The translations under genes were made by a program, and so were the position numbers. A stretch of DNA of 57,161 bases, counting the filler, from Sphacelaria rigidula (taxonomy: Eukaryota): NCBI GenBank assembly GCA_964200075.2. It is 4 parts of 4 records of this genome, joined end to end, with 100 filler letters (N's around TTAATTAATTAA, not from the genome) between each part and the next. Parts side by side here need not be neighbours in the genome. Positions count along the whole stretch, not along the records: positions 28,633 to 42,847 come from CAXNAA020002378.1; positions 42,948 to 57,161 come from CAXNAA020002379.1; 2 more parts are not named here. One strand, given 5' to 3'. Below, one piece after another: positions 35,967 to 49,586 of this stretch (within the stretch, counting starts at the first letter, position 1; each line of letters begins with the position of its first letter). The notes beneath the pieces were generated by a model. The model was not told where the DNA came from and searched no databases. It saw nothing but the letters and a program-made list of their open reading frames with translations.

Positions 35967-37275
35967 GTGTGACACTTGGTTCCGTTCAACTTGATATCAT
36001 TGCTTGATTTTTAATGTACGTGTGGTACCTTCATCCATGGTTTGAGCTGCTTTGACTGCACTCGGTTTGTCCTCCGTACCCGTTTTGAATTTGACCACGG
36101 TAGTGGACCCTTCGGCGTTTTACCCGATGTTTTGGGGTGGTCTCCGTCACACGGAGAAGATTCCGTGCGTCTACTTTGTGCGGAATATGCAGCGCCGAAG
36201 CACCTGGCAGATTACAGTCACGTCCTGCCAGTAATAACGTACTGAGTGGTCTTCTTTTTTCATTTGGACATACATGGACGGGGCTGCAAACCCTCGCCAT
36301 GTCTAACGAAGGTGATTGTCGCCCGGTGTCCGTACCCTAATGCGGTTCACGAGGATCGTTTGTGTACACAATGCAAAGTCTGACAATGATAAAGTCATCT
36401 CTGATATAATACTGACACATCACTCACTGAAAACCCAATATCATATACAACAAAATTATGACTGACGCTGGCTGTATCGATTCTTCCGCCGGTTCATCAA
36501 CCGTCAGAGATGACACTCGTGGCAATACATGTAGTGGTGTGGAGGAGCAAACTGGATCAACCGTTCTAGCAAATTGATAAGCACTGCATCTTAACGACTT
36601 CGCCGCACCGCACAGTACCTAGCTTGTGGTTTCCGTGGCAACCGGGTGTTGATATCTCCTGTAGTGTTCTCATGTCGACGTCAATTCGGGATCGATCAAA
36701 ACCTGGTTGTTTTTTCTAATATGGTCACAACTCTTACCCTTCCCGAAGGGCAACTTTTCGAAAATGTCGATGTTTTTTTTTTCATATATGTTGTGGAAAG
36801 AAGTTGATCAACACACACTGACAGTAAAAACCGATTTGTCCGGCGCGCTTCGCCAGGTTCGTACATTTGTTTCTGCTACGTGTCCCAAAACAGTTTTTCG
36901 ACAGACCCCTTGAATGATATGGACATTCTTGGTGATGCGGCGTGAATAGTAAACTCGAAAATCCAGTGGGCATGCCTGCACCCTTCGTCGAAAACAGATG
37001 GCGTTCGCGCAAAAAGTACGATATTCTGGCTTCATGGTGTGTAAACGCACCCGAGTTCGTAAGGAGGCAGGTTTGTTTCCAGCTGCCTGGTTTGCCCCAC
37101 ATGTGCGAAGTACATGAGCCTCTGGTCGCTCAGCGTGGACTGCTCAATTCGATACCGTATACCAGCAGCATATATCGCACCTTTGACTCGCTCCACACTG
37201 GAATGAATGTAACAATGTGCGCAAAATGAGCAATTTTATATCTTGGTGTGTGGTCGTCCTCGTGCTTGCAGGAGT

Positions 37276-38827
37276 ATGTCGGAAACTACTGCCCTGGATG
37301 AAATTGATCATCCTGCCCTCACGGGCGCCGTGGCTGCTCTTCACGGATTCGTCGCAAGCGGCGGGGACTCCTCCTTGCTGGAAAAGGCCTACGACCTGGC
37401 AAGAGGGGTCGCGGCATCCAAGCAAGACGTCTTGGTGGCGTTTGATGCTTGCAGGATAGCTTTGGCAGCAGGGTGAGAGCGAGGAAATAATGACAAACTT
37501 GACATAGATATAGGACCGAGGGTTTCCTCCTCCTCTTCGCATGAAACTTGTAACCGGGAAGGGTTGAAGTCACTTTGACTAAAACCAACCCTCTCCATCC
37601 TCTCCGAATAAACACAAATTTCCCTTTTTCTTCTAGGCGACATCTCAACCACACATCAGTTCACAGTGCCGTAGCATTCACTGAAAAGAACGTGTACGAA
37701 AAGTTGGATGCACACGCTTGGTGTGTTCCCGGGTTCCGCGATCAAATCTATTTGCGGTAATGTTGATGAGGTCTCCAAAGTAGAAACACAAGACATTGAC
37801 GTTCCTGTGCGCTCTCTCACACTCGCTTTCGATCACCATTTCAAATAATGTAACTATAATCCTGCTCTCTCCCACCCCCATGCATTGTTATGGCCGCTAG
37901 GTATGTGCATAGCTTGCAAAATTCGACCGAAGAGCTAGCGCACGAGTTCGTCCTTTACCACAGCCTTCCCAGGCTGGCGAAATCCCTCGAGGTGTACTGG
38001 TCCAGGCGTGGTCAATGGGTATCTCCTGCCGAGATGCGGGAATGGGAGCAGGCAATGCAGTCTCTACTGGAGGTGACGTCCAGCGTTTCACTTGTGACGA
38101 GGGCGACCGACGTTGTGTCTGTGCTGGATGCTGAAGTCGGAGAAGGCGTGGCACAGGTGAGAGCAAGTGTGTAGGCATTCCGACTCCATCCGATGCCCTT
38201 CTCGATCATTGACTTGATTGCCAACATACAGCTCGTTCTGAGCCGTACCTCGCGGTATATTTTCTAATATATTATCGTCACCACTTATCAGTCATCTAAC
38301 AGATTCCAGCCACCTGCGCGGCGATGGTTGTGTGACTTCAGTTCACCTTGCCGTGTATAGTATCTCAAACCACGAGTCAAAAGTTCGGGTGCCGTACGCG
38401 ACCAGTCGGACTACTACATGATGCCAAAACTGTCCGTTTACAGTGATCCCTATCCTGAAATCGTTGTCCTCGACCCTGAGAAGCATATCACCATGGGTCT
38501 GGACGACAAAATGGTCGAGAAAAGGCGCCGCAGTTATTTTGCAGGTCTTGTGAACGATCGTCTACTGGGTACTCATGCCATCCCCCCCCCCCCCGCCCCC
38601 ACTCCACGCCATTGTTCCTCTCTGTGTTTGATCTCACTCTTCCCCAGGCGCTGGGGAAATTTTGCGTCGCCAATCCAGACATCGTGAGCGACTACAATGA
38701 CGTGGCGCGAGTGTGCGTGGAGAGGCACCTCTCTGTGCAAACACCCGACAAAGCTAGCACACGAGTGCAGGCTCAGCGGGTGCAGCAGCAGAAACGGCAG
38801 CAGCAGCAGCAGCAGCAGCAGGTGTGA
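37276..38827 (+). CDS. Four-exon hypothetical, probably alpha-helical protein (~230 aa) with C-terminal polyQ
   Basis: Phase-consistent exons 37276-37472, 37637-37702, 37901-38156 and 38648-38827 with GT-AG boundaries. The start may lie further upstream (an acceptor sits at 37270-37271). Confidence 0.7.
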
Positions 38828-41800
38828 CGAGCAATTTTTGTTTCAACGAGATTATAGTTTTTTTCTTGAATTTCTCGAGATGATTCATGAGTCACATGTA
38901 CGCTGATCACCCTGATGAAAAGACCTTCGAAATAGCAGCCTGATTGAGCACAGTTGTGAGGTAAGCTGTGCAGTCACGAGGCGAAGTTCTTGCAGCTAAA
39001 AACAGCGGCTATGTGCCGATGCACGTTGGAGCTAAGTAACCGCCATCTGATACTGATTCCCTCCCCCTCTCCTCTCCTACTTCTGTCATATTTCCCTCTT
39101 TTGCGCATGCACTCTTGACATTGCAGAATGAAGCGACGAATGTATACTACAGCGAATGATGAGTCTGGGTGATGACTCGGATCCACGCACGCACGCTACG
39201 GTGATCGCTACGGTCCCTCGGCGACGGGCGTTTTTAGTTGCGATGGCGTTGTCACTGATAACGACGGATTTACTTTGGTCCACCACAACTCGACGTACAC
39301 ATTTCTAGCGATGTCAGGAGCAGGCTCATCTGTCGTGTGGGGTAATTTTGGTACAATGACAACCCCACACGCGAGATACGACAGCTCGTCTGTTCTTCGC
39401 TCTTGCACAACACGCCGATGTGACGGTGAAATTTTGACAAGAGCTGCTCGGGATTTCATGTACTGTGCGGGTGTAGCGTGTTGTATCTCCATGCCATGTG
39501 CTCGTGTGTTTATGTTTTGTTTATTCTCTTGGTTACAAAAGCGCCTGTGGCGCACATACAGCGGTGCTGAACCATTTCCCCGTTTTGCGGCACTTTTTGC
39601 CGTGGATGTACAAGGTCCCGCATACGTCTGGTGTTGGCGCCGACATTTGCATGTCCCAAAGTGGAGACGTGTAGATGGCGGCAATGGCGGTGGTGATCAA
39701 ATGTTGTCCTTCTCGTCTTGTACCTCTTGGTTTTCAATTGAGGCATTAAAAAAGAGCTAGACTGTTGGATCCCCGTGTTTTTCCTTGAGAAGTGTTTCTT
39801 CCTCTTTCGTTTGTTCTTTTATCGTGATCACCCGCTGGCATGTTTCCATGGTGGTTGTAGCCAGTCATTCCGACCCGTGTCCCGAGTGGACTGTTTGTGA
39901 CATAAAGTGTTGCGCGGTGTTGTGTTGAGTGTGGTATGTGTGATGAGTGATGAGTGTTGATAGAGGAGGATCATGCCGTAATTTGCTGTCTTCGTGTGCA
40001 ACATTCACCAGGGTGCTAATTTCTGTGTTTCGTGAGCCGTGAAGGAAGCAGCAGCCTGACTAATGATGCCACAACGGAAACTGCGCCACCCGAGAGATCG
40101 TTGTTTCGGTAGTCGTCGTGAACAGCCGCCAGTTCAAAGTGTTGGTGTACACGATCGCTGACCCGATGATGGTTCAACAACGTTTGGTGTATTGTACATG
40201 TCTGTGGTGATGGATAGTTGTGCTCGGGATTATCACAGCGGCAACAGTTTGTTCGCCAATGATTCTGTGTGAACATCGTTCGAAGGGATTGTATATTGTG
40301 TTGATTTGAGCCCCGCAGTAAGGGTAGTGTTCCAGGACAAACGTCCAAGTACTGTCGTTGCGTGTCAACTTTGGAACCCGTCGTACACACGTTCGTTCAT
40401 CCGGACGGAGTTGGGCAGGGGCAGCCCCATGTGGTTGAAGGACGATGAAAAATACATACAGCGTGCCACCCATCGTCAGCGCTACACGCGTTATCCCATC
40501 TGCATTCGATGCACGATAGTTTCACCATCGACTGCCTACAGTATCGATTGTAGTCGTGGATAATAGAATGTTGCCCGTCGTGAGCGTTTTCTGGGATACA
40601 GGTGTGTGAGTGTGTATTAATCATCTGTACCATATGCACATATGCATGTGTACATACATGATGTGTTGTATCGTGTAGCTGTTCCATGACCTTGCGGTGT
40701 GTGCACGTGTCATTTAGGGCTGGGCTTTGATCAAAAGCCATATAGATCAAGTGAAGGTTGGATGGCCGAAGAAATGCTTTGAAGGATGAGTGAAATCTCC
40801 CAATACATGAAATAAGTATTTTTCACGTCGACGGAAGAGTCTTATGAAAAAGGCGGCCGGGCGTTATCATTGAGATGGTTTTGGATTCATGCGCCGACTT
40901 GCCAGGCAGGCACGCGGCTGCCAAGCTTCTACCCCAGGCTCGTGAACACCCGGATACTTGAGACATTAAAAGCGGGTGCGAAACGCCGTGGAAAATAATC
41001 CCGTCCTGCATGGGCGGATGATAGAATTGACGTGCTACCGCGTGTTGGTATGCTGACATGTTGAACGAAATATCATCAACGCGCACCGCACCATAACTGC
41101 AAATTAATGGCACAACCTCGGGGCAAGACCGTGGATCAGCCGTGCAAATGAACGGCATCGAGCTGTATAGCGAACTGCCGTATCACCTTCGCATCCGCAC
41201 TACGAGCTGGTTCACGCCCAAAATCTAAAATTATGTCAACAGCAAATTCTTTTCGCAATACCTACCCAATAGTCGCATACATAATATCATGCTGACCACC
41301 ATGAACAGCCGAAGAGCGTGACATGGTTGGATGTGCGTTCAGGGCCCTGCTGGTAGTGCGAAGGGCGAAAGGTACTTCGACCAACCAGCGACTTTCAAAT
41401 TGTCATGAAATTGAAACACGAATTCCACGTTCAAACTTGATCGAATCTCCACATGCTTCAAATCGTAGTAACCGCCATCCTGCCGTGTCTAATCAAACAT
41501 ACTTCCGAGACGTTTTTTCACTTCCATGACTTTTTCATGGTTTTTCGGGGACCTCAGTTTTTTTTCGGGAAAACTTCGATCCATTCGGACCCCCATAAAA
41601 CGAAAAATGAAAAAGGCCTCTCATTCAAAGTTACGTCATGACCCATACCACAGTTGTGCATAAATTCAAAATCTACGTCCTCAAACGGCGTGAGACTTTT
41701 CGCGTTTGTACGATGCGATGAACTTTGCCGTGCCACAGTAAAGCCACAAATTACTTGATTCTAGGATGAAAATGGCGTTTTGGGGTCTTCTTCGACGTGA

Positions 41801-42074
41801 ACATGAAAATTCAAGCATCAGTTCATCGATTTTTGCCACGAGTTTTTTATGGGGCCCTTCCTTGGGTTATGCAGCGACAGCCAGTTCGCGAAAAATTAAA
41901 GAAAAATCGCAGTGCCGATTTCTCGGGGTCCGAGAGTGGAGACTACTTCGAAAATACGACTTGGATCCCGTCGAACCCCCGAGAAACGGTAAAAAAGTCT
42001 TCGGTCGTGTAAAAAAACTAGTCCATCGAAACTTGAGTAATTATCCAATGCACATCTGTGCAAAGTTTCAGGGT

Positions 42075-42336
42075 GAGTGAGGCTACTGTATAGGGGTGCA
42101 CAAATATTTTGTGAGGTTAGAAGTGTTGGGAGCCCTTCATCACGTCCAAAACACGATTTATACTAAATATGTGGGAGTACGCCAGGATTACTATTCCATT
42201 GTGCTAGGGTTGTCCCGAATGAATTTGCAAACGGGGATGCCCTGATCCATATTCTCTCGTGCATCTAGAATCGTCAGAAGCCCCTGAACCAGACAAGATT
42301 CCGCGAACAAAGTGCACCCCTACCGTGGCATTGCTC
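42075..42336. mobile_element. TIR element end or MITE with GAG...CTC termini, copy 2
   Basis: Colinear with 1-256 (gagtacgccaggattactattcca, agcccctgaaccagacaa, aaagtgcacccctaccgt). A third TIR gagcaatgctacggtagggg starts at 42783. Confidence 0.8.
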
Positions 42337-42847
42337 GGGCCTAACTCCCAATAATTGCGTGAAGGTTTGCGCATTTGTGCGAGGACGTGAGCTTGAAACG
42401 TGCAACTCTTAACTACTCGGTTTTAGTATAAACACGTATTTTATTGTGAACTTTACGTCAAGGCAAGAAATACTATATATATATATATATATATATGTAT
42501 GATGATGTTTTTGAGTTTCTCGACCAAACTTTGTACATGTATTCCTTGGACTATTCCGGGACGCATCATTTTGTCCCTTTTCCTCTTGAGGCATTTTGTA
42601 CCGCCGTCTGGGGGTCTATATACTGGGACCACCGGAGGCCGGTAGGGAGCGGAGAAATTTTTAAATGCAGTGTCAATTTTCCTTCATTTGGAGCATCAGT
42701 ACCTACGGAACTGCCAAGTTTGAGGGTGATCTGAGCTTTTTTCTACTCCAGATATAGGAGAAACCGTCACGAGGCTCCCTGGGAGCAATGCTACGGTAGG
42801 GGTCTTCCGTGCATTAGGGGAAATTAGGCGACGCCGAGACAGCACAT

Positions 42848-42947
42848 NNNNNNNNNNNNNNNNNNNNNNNNNNNNNNNNNNNNNNNNNNNNTTAATTAAT
42901 TAANNNNNNNNNNNNNNNNNNNNNNNNNNNNNNNNNNNNNNNNNNNN
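42848..42947. other. Assembly gap with artificial TTAATTAATTAA linker
   Basis: Same 100-nt N/linker structure as the other gaps. Confidence 0.98.
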
Positions 42948-43579
42948 TAACTCCAAATATTGGCCGGCGCATCCGCCTGCAAACGTCCATGCAGCCTCTA
43001 GGGTGGCCCAGCTCGTACAAATAAATTTCGCTTTATTGCTGTACGAGTTGCATATATATATATATATATATATACCGTTTCATGCCTCAGACGCGAAGTC
43101 CTCTGATGGGCTTTCGTTCTCCTTATACGTCTTAAAGTCGACGTTCTCAAATGTAGCTATCGACTCGATTGTACCCTTGATTTTTGCTTTACCCGCAGAG
43201 ATGTTGTCTGACCTCTGCTCGGAGCGCGGAATCGTCCGGGTGCAATCACCACGACCTACGGGTACTAAGCATAAATGGTGCCTAGAGTCAAATGCCACAT
43301 ATTAAAACAAGACGAATTTAACCCATTGAGGGACAACGTAATCCTATTTCAGCGCCTTTCCGGGTCTGCCTTTGGGGTATACGCTCTAGGTCGTTTATTG
43401 AAGCAAGAAGCAGGGAGGTAAAAATACGTACTACCGTACCTGCTGTACGTGCTACGGTGCTAGACGTAGCAGGGCCCGCAACATACACACGCCATCATCC
43501 ACACGGCATACCAGGTGCAAGTTTTCTCTGTTTGTTGTAGAGAGAGGACACCAAGAAGACCACCAACACCCCAACGCAA

Positions 43580-44240
43580 ATGAAGTGGGGGCTCAAATTT
43601 TCAACGAAAGGGAAGGGAGCACACGGGAATTTCAAGGAGCCTCAAGTGAGCCGATCAAACGAGCGTTCAATTGACAACCCAGATCAAGGCGGGGACGACG
43701 CGGGCACGCCGGCTGTCACGCCCCCGGACGCAGCAAATAACAACAATACCTCGGGTGGCGGCGATAACGGTAACGGAGGGAGACGGCTAGGAGAAAAAGC
43801 AACATCATCAGCAGTCTCCCGGGAAAAGGGTGTTCACCTGGAAAAAGACGAGGAAGAGCAGGTGGAGCAGCAATCGCCTATAGGGAACAACGGGGGGGCT
43901 GCCGTTAACGGCAAGGGGCACAACACCAGCAGCAACGACAACGGGTTTGGGGCCGAGGAGAACTGCGAATTGGAGGACGAAGGAGACGGTGAGGACGGCT
44001 GGGGAGATATGGATGGCGAGAACGAGTTAGCAGAAGCGAGACGGGGGCGAGGGCAAGGGGGCAGGCACCAGGACGATGTATTCGATGACGATAGTCAGGA
44101 GGACCAGGGGGACAGAGGGGAGGAGGACGATGAGGAGGAAGGTGACGCGGATAGCCTACACGCGGCGAACAAAATGGCACGGATTCGATCGTTCGCGGAT
44201 GATCCGGAAGGGCACAACCCCAATGAAGGGGACTGGGACG
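43580..44240 (+). CDS. First coding exon of an unknown multi-exon gene; acidic Gly/Asn-rich disordered N-terminus
   Basis: gcaaATG start, 220 open codons, strong donor G|gtaagt at 44241 (phase 1). Confidence 0.8.
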
Positions 44241-47200
44241 GTAAGTCGACTAGGAGTTTTGGATGGCTCGTTGATAGATTCGTCGCCCTGCTTTTGGGGT
44301 TGGACGCAGGACTGGTTTGACCTCTATTTTTTGTATATTGATTTTTGCGAGGGTTGCTCACCCTTATTTCCGTGTCGGTACCGTCTGCGTCTATTTGTTC
44401 TTGGGTTCTCTCACCACACACATAAAATCACGGTAGTTTTTTGCTTCCTTTTCCCTGAAAGACGAGCTCCCGAAAAAGTCAAAACTTTGGAGTGATGGCC
44501 TGCCTTCCCTGAGCTTGTGAAACACTGACCATTTCCGAATTACATCATGTTGTACATTACCTCCATCGACCGCCCGTCCCGTCATGTATGCAATTTTGTG
44601 ATGGGCCGGGGGTGAGGAGGGCGTTTTTCATTTTGCACTACATTACACACACTTACTCCAACCAAGGTGAAATGACTGTACTCCGTTGTTTGTGCGGTTC
44701 TTTTTTTGCCCCCTATCCATAACTGTTTCCGCATATGTTCAAATATACTGTTTTTACTGCCACACAGCTGGTCTTCCCATGACACTAGTAGATGTGTGCT
44801 TTTTTTTGTCCTCCCATATGTTTTCGACCGTTGTTTTTAAAAGCGTCACGGCACCATCCTTGTTCAAAATGTTGGTTGCATCCCAGTAGACAGCGCAGGT
44901 GTAGCGTGCGAAAGAGGAGGGTATTTTTGCTGTGTTCGAAGGACAGGAGCGCCCGTTATCATGGAACATGTGCTCATATGTAGACAATGAGGACAGCGTG
45001 ATGTGAGAAGGAGGGAAGAGAGGAGGAAATGCCCACCGCGAGAAAAAAAAGGTCACAAATGTGTTCTGTGTTTGGGGTGTTCTGTCTGTGCGGGCATCCA
45101 TACCAACCAAGCAGTCTTTTGTCTTGGAACAATTAATGGCAAGTATCAAGATGAAGGACAGCAAGGTTTCGTTTTCGAATTCTCGACCCGAGATTTTTTT
45201 TTCCGACACCGACTCGTTGGCTGACTCTTTCCATCTCTGGCGAGGGCTGCCCGTCTATCCTTGTGTGTTACTGTACTGGCTAATGTATAGCGCTGCTTCT
45301 CGTACGCTGGGCCTTCCTTCAAGGGCGGCATTTTGAAAAACGGGAAGAGCTTCTTGTTTCCTCTTTGGAAGGAGCAATAGACTCGCAACCGAAAAATGCG
45401 GCGGCGGTTCATTCTCTTGTCCCCTCCCTGTCCTCTCTCCTCTTCCCGGATTAACATGCCAAGCCGTTTCATTGGGTATGTTGGTTGTGCGTAGATGGAT
45501 GCTGCCATTCTGGTGCCCCGTGTCTTGCAGCTGCACGAAATCTACCCCTCGTCCTGCACTGGTTTTTCGTCGTGCGAGTCGTGTCATTTTGCTTGGTCCT
45601 TGTCTCCACGACACTGAAATATAGTACAACATTAGTTGAATAGCCCGCCAATTTCGCAATTTCTTCTCGTCTCATGCCGTCTTCCCGAGCTGCACGTACG
45701 TTCTACTGTACTATCTTCGGCCCCAGTTGCAGTGAGAAAAATGTACCACAAGATCAGACCAAAAGAATCGAAGTTTTATAATTTGGATGAATGAAACCCC
45801 TCCAGCTCCCCCCCCCCACCCCCCCCCCGCCCCTCCCTTTCCGTCCCAAGCAAATGATGTCCATTTCGATATTAGTCATCAACCCCAACTGTTACTAACT
45901 CGACTACCTTCGGCGTTTCTGTTGCGGCTTTCACTCGCCGGGGCTGGTGTACGTGCTCGGTGTTGATGGAAGTAATAAACAACGGATCCAAAGCCCTTGA
46001 AATTGGGAAAACTGCTTTTCTGTACCGTCCTGCGACGCCTCCTCTGCCTACACACGGAGTAAGGACTCGACTTGCTCCCCCTTATGATGATTACACGTAG
46101 AACCATGCGTATCCAGACCGCACCGTGATCTGCACTAGGATCATCGTCTACAACTACAAGAGCTCTGAGCTGTGACCGTACCGCAAAGCCCTGTTCTAGA
46201 CGGTAGGAAACTGTTGTAGCAGAGTACAGTTCTCCCATCAAGCCGGTTGTGCGAGACCCTGCTGTTCCGTAGCTTTCGCTACCGGTAGAATTTTTAGCGA
46301 AATATTTGATACAGGAGGGGTTATTCGTACCACTTGTTATGGTGCAGCATTGGCAGGGGGCACAGCTGTGCGGTTGCCCATTGCTTGATTTTTCTTCTGG
46401 GATGATGAATGAACGGCAGGGATGGTGAGGGCAGGGATGGGGCTGACTGTGTGCAGGGCCTCACTCCGGTCTGTCCAACACGGTACAAACTTCTATGGCT
46501 TCTCGTTCGAGTTGTAGTTGTTTCGAGGTTTTGGTACATGTACAAAGAAAGGCTTTTGACAGATCGGTGGTGTCATGTGATGACTGTCGGGAAAAGCTTT
46601 CTTCTCGACTCCCAGTGTAGAGTAGTTCGGTATCCCCGGTATCTCGCTTGAAACTCTACTTCCTGTGACTGCGATAATATGGCACGGCACCGACCTCAGG
46701 GCCTGTTTCTCTCAGTACCGTCTGCGTTCCACTGTTGAGTTGTACTGTGGCCGAAACGAGTTACCCGCCCAAGTGCCACCCTCGTATCAATGTGTGACGC
46801 AATATGCTCTTCGTACGATGGCTCGAATCCTTCTCTGCAAAGGGATCACCTCCACTGCTGAGGAAGACCCTCACCATATGTGCTGCCATCCTGTAATTGT
46901 GAATTGCTGTATTCACCACATTTCGTTCGCACATTCTTATCGTTGAATATCCCACCCAGTCAGTACTTCCTCGAATTACTCGCTCAAGCTCATGAGTCCC
47001 TGGAGATTGACACCTGGCTCCACAGCCATGTTGACGGTGAACTTATGATCCCGATCCCATAAATGGGTACGTCGGTACACCTAGGCGGTATGTCATGGGA
47101 TGAACATTCGGGACATTCCTGCTATCCTGCTCGCGCGTTTCTGCACAAGTACGATACCACTACAGTCAGTCCGGATAGAACAACAAGAGAGACATGATAG

Positions 47201-47426
47201 GATAAGTCCGATGGAAGGGCGAGAAGAAAGGGGTGACGATCGACAACATCATCTTCCTGAAAAAACCTGGAAAGAGGGGTCTGGGTCATAATTTCGGAAC
47301 ACATACACAGATGGGTCGTACCGTGATGTTTGTACGAATGCTCCCATCCCTTTGCTTGACGCTCCATCAGTGCAGCTGACTGACGTACCTGCGTCTACTG
47401 TAATATTATCGAATGGAAACAAACAG

Positions 47427-47546
47427 GGACGAAGGAAGAGTCCGGTGAAGAGGAGGGAGGACGGCAAGGTAGCCCGCGGGTATCTAGAACGGGGGGCGCG
47501 GGTAGTCACAGCTACCATAGCGAAGCAAGGAGCGGAGAGCATGCAG
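47427..47546 (+). CDS. Probable next exon of the 43580 gene (GTKEESGEEEGGRQGSPR...)
   Basis: aaacaaacAG acceptor, phase 1 to phase 1, 120 nt, same composition as exon 1, CAG|gtac donor. Confidence 0.55.
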
Positions 47547-49227
47547 GTACTCGAGTTTGCGTGGTCTGCTTTTCTATCATGTGCTGTTCCTGTACTGGAG
47601 GCAGGTACGCTTTGATATTTGAATTGTTCGTATAATGTGCGGTAGTGTTTATGCCCAACTGTACCGCAACTGTCATGACCGTACGGCGGGCATGCAACTT
47701 CCGGCTCTCGAAAAGACGGACACTCCATCACTTTTCAAGCAACCCGATGCCGATTGAAGAACGTTGTGGTACAGTGGCGTTGTGTTTCGGTGGCGGCCTC
47801 CTGTAGAAATAGATGGATGTACAGTGAGCTAGAGAGCGGAGTGGCTTATAAACTTGAGGCTTGTTGGTCCACCGAGCGTGTTTTCTTTTTTTTTTGGATA
47901 TTTTGCGGATATTTTCAGCCTGCGTTTTTCTGCCGGCACGGACCGATTAGGCAACCTATGTGCCAGAGTAGATGGAACCAGTTAACCAGTTTTATTGTGC
48001 ATCTGTGCAGACCCGCCGGTCCAACCGACACCATCTTAAACCCTAACGCTAATGCACAGGAGGGGAGGATCCCTTACCATTAGTCGTCGGCAATGGCTGG
48101 TACTTTGGAGACGCCACCAACCCCACGCTAACGCTGACCATAACCCCGACCCAAGGCATAAGAGAACCCTTCGGTGCGGGGTGTGCAAGGGGTGTGCTAT
48201 TAATAGCAAGGTGCCCGTTGGCCACAAAAGGAGCCCGACACATGAAGTGCACGCTGCGCACGGCTTGCTGTTAGCTTCTGCCGACCCAGCTATTTTGATG
48301 TGCACAGACAGACAGTCCACAGATTGATCATATTTGGTGAAATATATACCCCACAGGCACTACACTACCGCATACTTTTTTACCAACATAGACAAGAGTG
48401 CTGTACGGTGTGGTACAGTCAGCACACGGAGCGTGTTTGCCGTTGACTGTGTCCCTCATTACATTTTGGGGGTAGTGTTGGTGGTGATGATCATGGGGTA
48501 AGTGCTTACCCCGCCGGTGGAACCACACAGAATGTTCTGTCATTAGTAGAGATGTGGGGATGACTTGATTTTTTTTCTTTTATACAGGTGTGGCGTATAC
48601 AGGTGTCTTGATTTCCACGCCCGCACACATTTGTAGGTGTGCGCACGGACTGGTGTCTTCGGCGTTTTCGGCATACACGCGACAGCGGGGAACAATGACA
48701 GTCTTAAAAGCGCGTACCACGGTGACACCAGCTCACTATCTATGTTGACGGTAGAACGGTAGAATTCAATTGTGTTCACGGCTTTTGGCACAACAGACGC
48801 TACGGTCAGTGAAGAACATGACAGTACCGCGTAGTATGTCTGTTTTTCGGGAAAATGCTGTGCGGGAGTGTACTAGTGTCGATCTGTTGAGGTCATTCTT
48901 TTCCGAATACAGTCCATCTGTGCACACAAAAGTGACCAGGTCTGCTGCCTGTCAAGCATGTGCGATAGGATCAACAGCGGTTTCCGTGCTACATTGCTGC
49001 TTATTTTACCGCTAGCCAGTGGTGTTTTGCCTGTGCATGTGTTTGTGTGTATGAACTGTGGTGGTGTGCGTGTGCGTGCCGTGCATACCCCCCCCCCCCT
49101 GGTCACCCGCAATATGTAATGAAGTACAGAGAGTGAACACTCTCCATGCCCTGTGTGTACCGCACCGTACAATTTTTCCGTCTGCATTACTCGTAGAACA
49201 ATGCTGTGCGGGAGTGCACAACTGCCT

Positions 49228-49586
49228 GTGTTTGCTGTGCGTTGACGTCCCATCTCTTCTGGACGCCGGTCTACACCTCTCGGTATATGTAGGCGCAGCA
49301 GTCGAGGTCACAGAGGAGAAGAGCCAACACAAGATTTTTTTCTTTCTTGTTTGTTTACTTCTCCACCTTCCTTCTGCGGTGCTTGCTTTTTATTTTCCAT
49401 CGCGAGGGGGGTTTAGCGGTGCCTTTCCCTCGTCGACCAGCACGTCGAATTTCGTGTACCCACGACATAGTCGCTCTCCACTGATGGGCATGGTGTGAGA
49501 AAAACTCCCGGATCGCTCCGAGATTGGAACCCATGGCCCAACCGTCAGAAGGTGTCGGGGTTACCGACTGAGCCACCGGGGCGACC
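49228..49586 (-). mobile_element. tRNA-derived SINE-like element, near full length
   Basis: Minus-strand head gccccggTGGCTCAGTCGGtaacc..GGTTCCAATCT (A and B boxes), a ~230-bp body shared with 53829-54070, and an AC-rich tail. Confidence 0.7.

Noticed and set aside
39200..40480. Possible Harbinger-like transposase fragments (PKLTRNDSTWTFVLEHY)
   Set aside because: No DDE motifs are recoverable; the similarity is too weak to call.
48170..48210. CGVCKGC, a CXXC zinc-finger-like motif
   Set aside because: The remaining cysteines of the motif are absent and the frame is not supported by splice phases.
49500..49586. Possible tRNA gene
   Set aside because: A and B boxes are present but there is no proper acceptor or anticodon stem, and it is attached to a repeat body, so it was called a SINE head.
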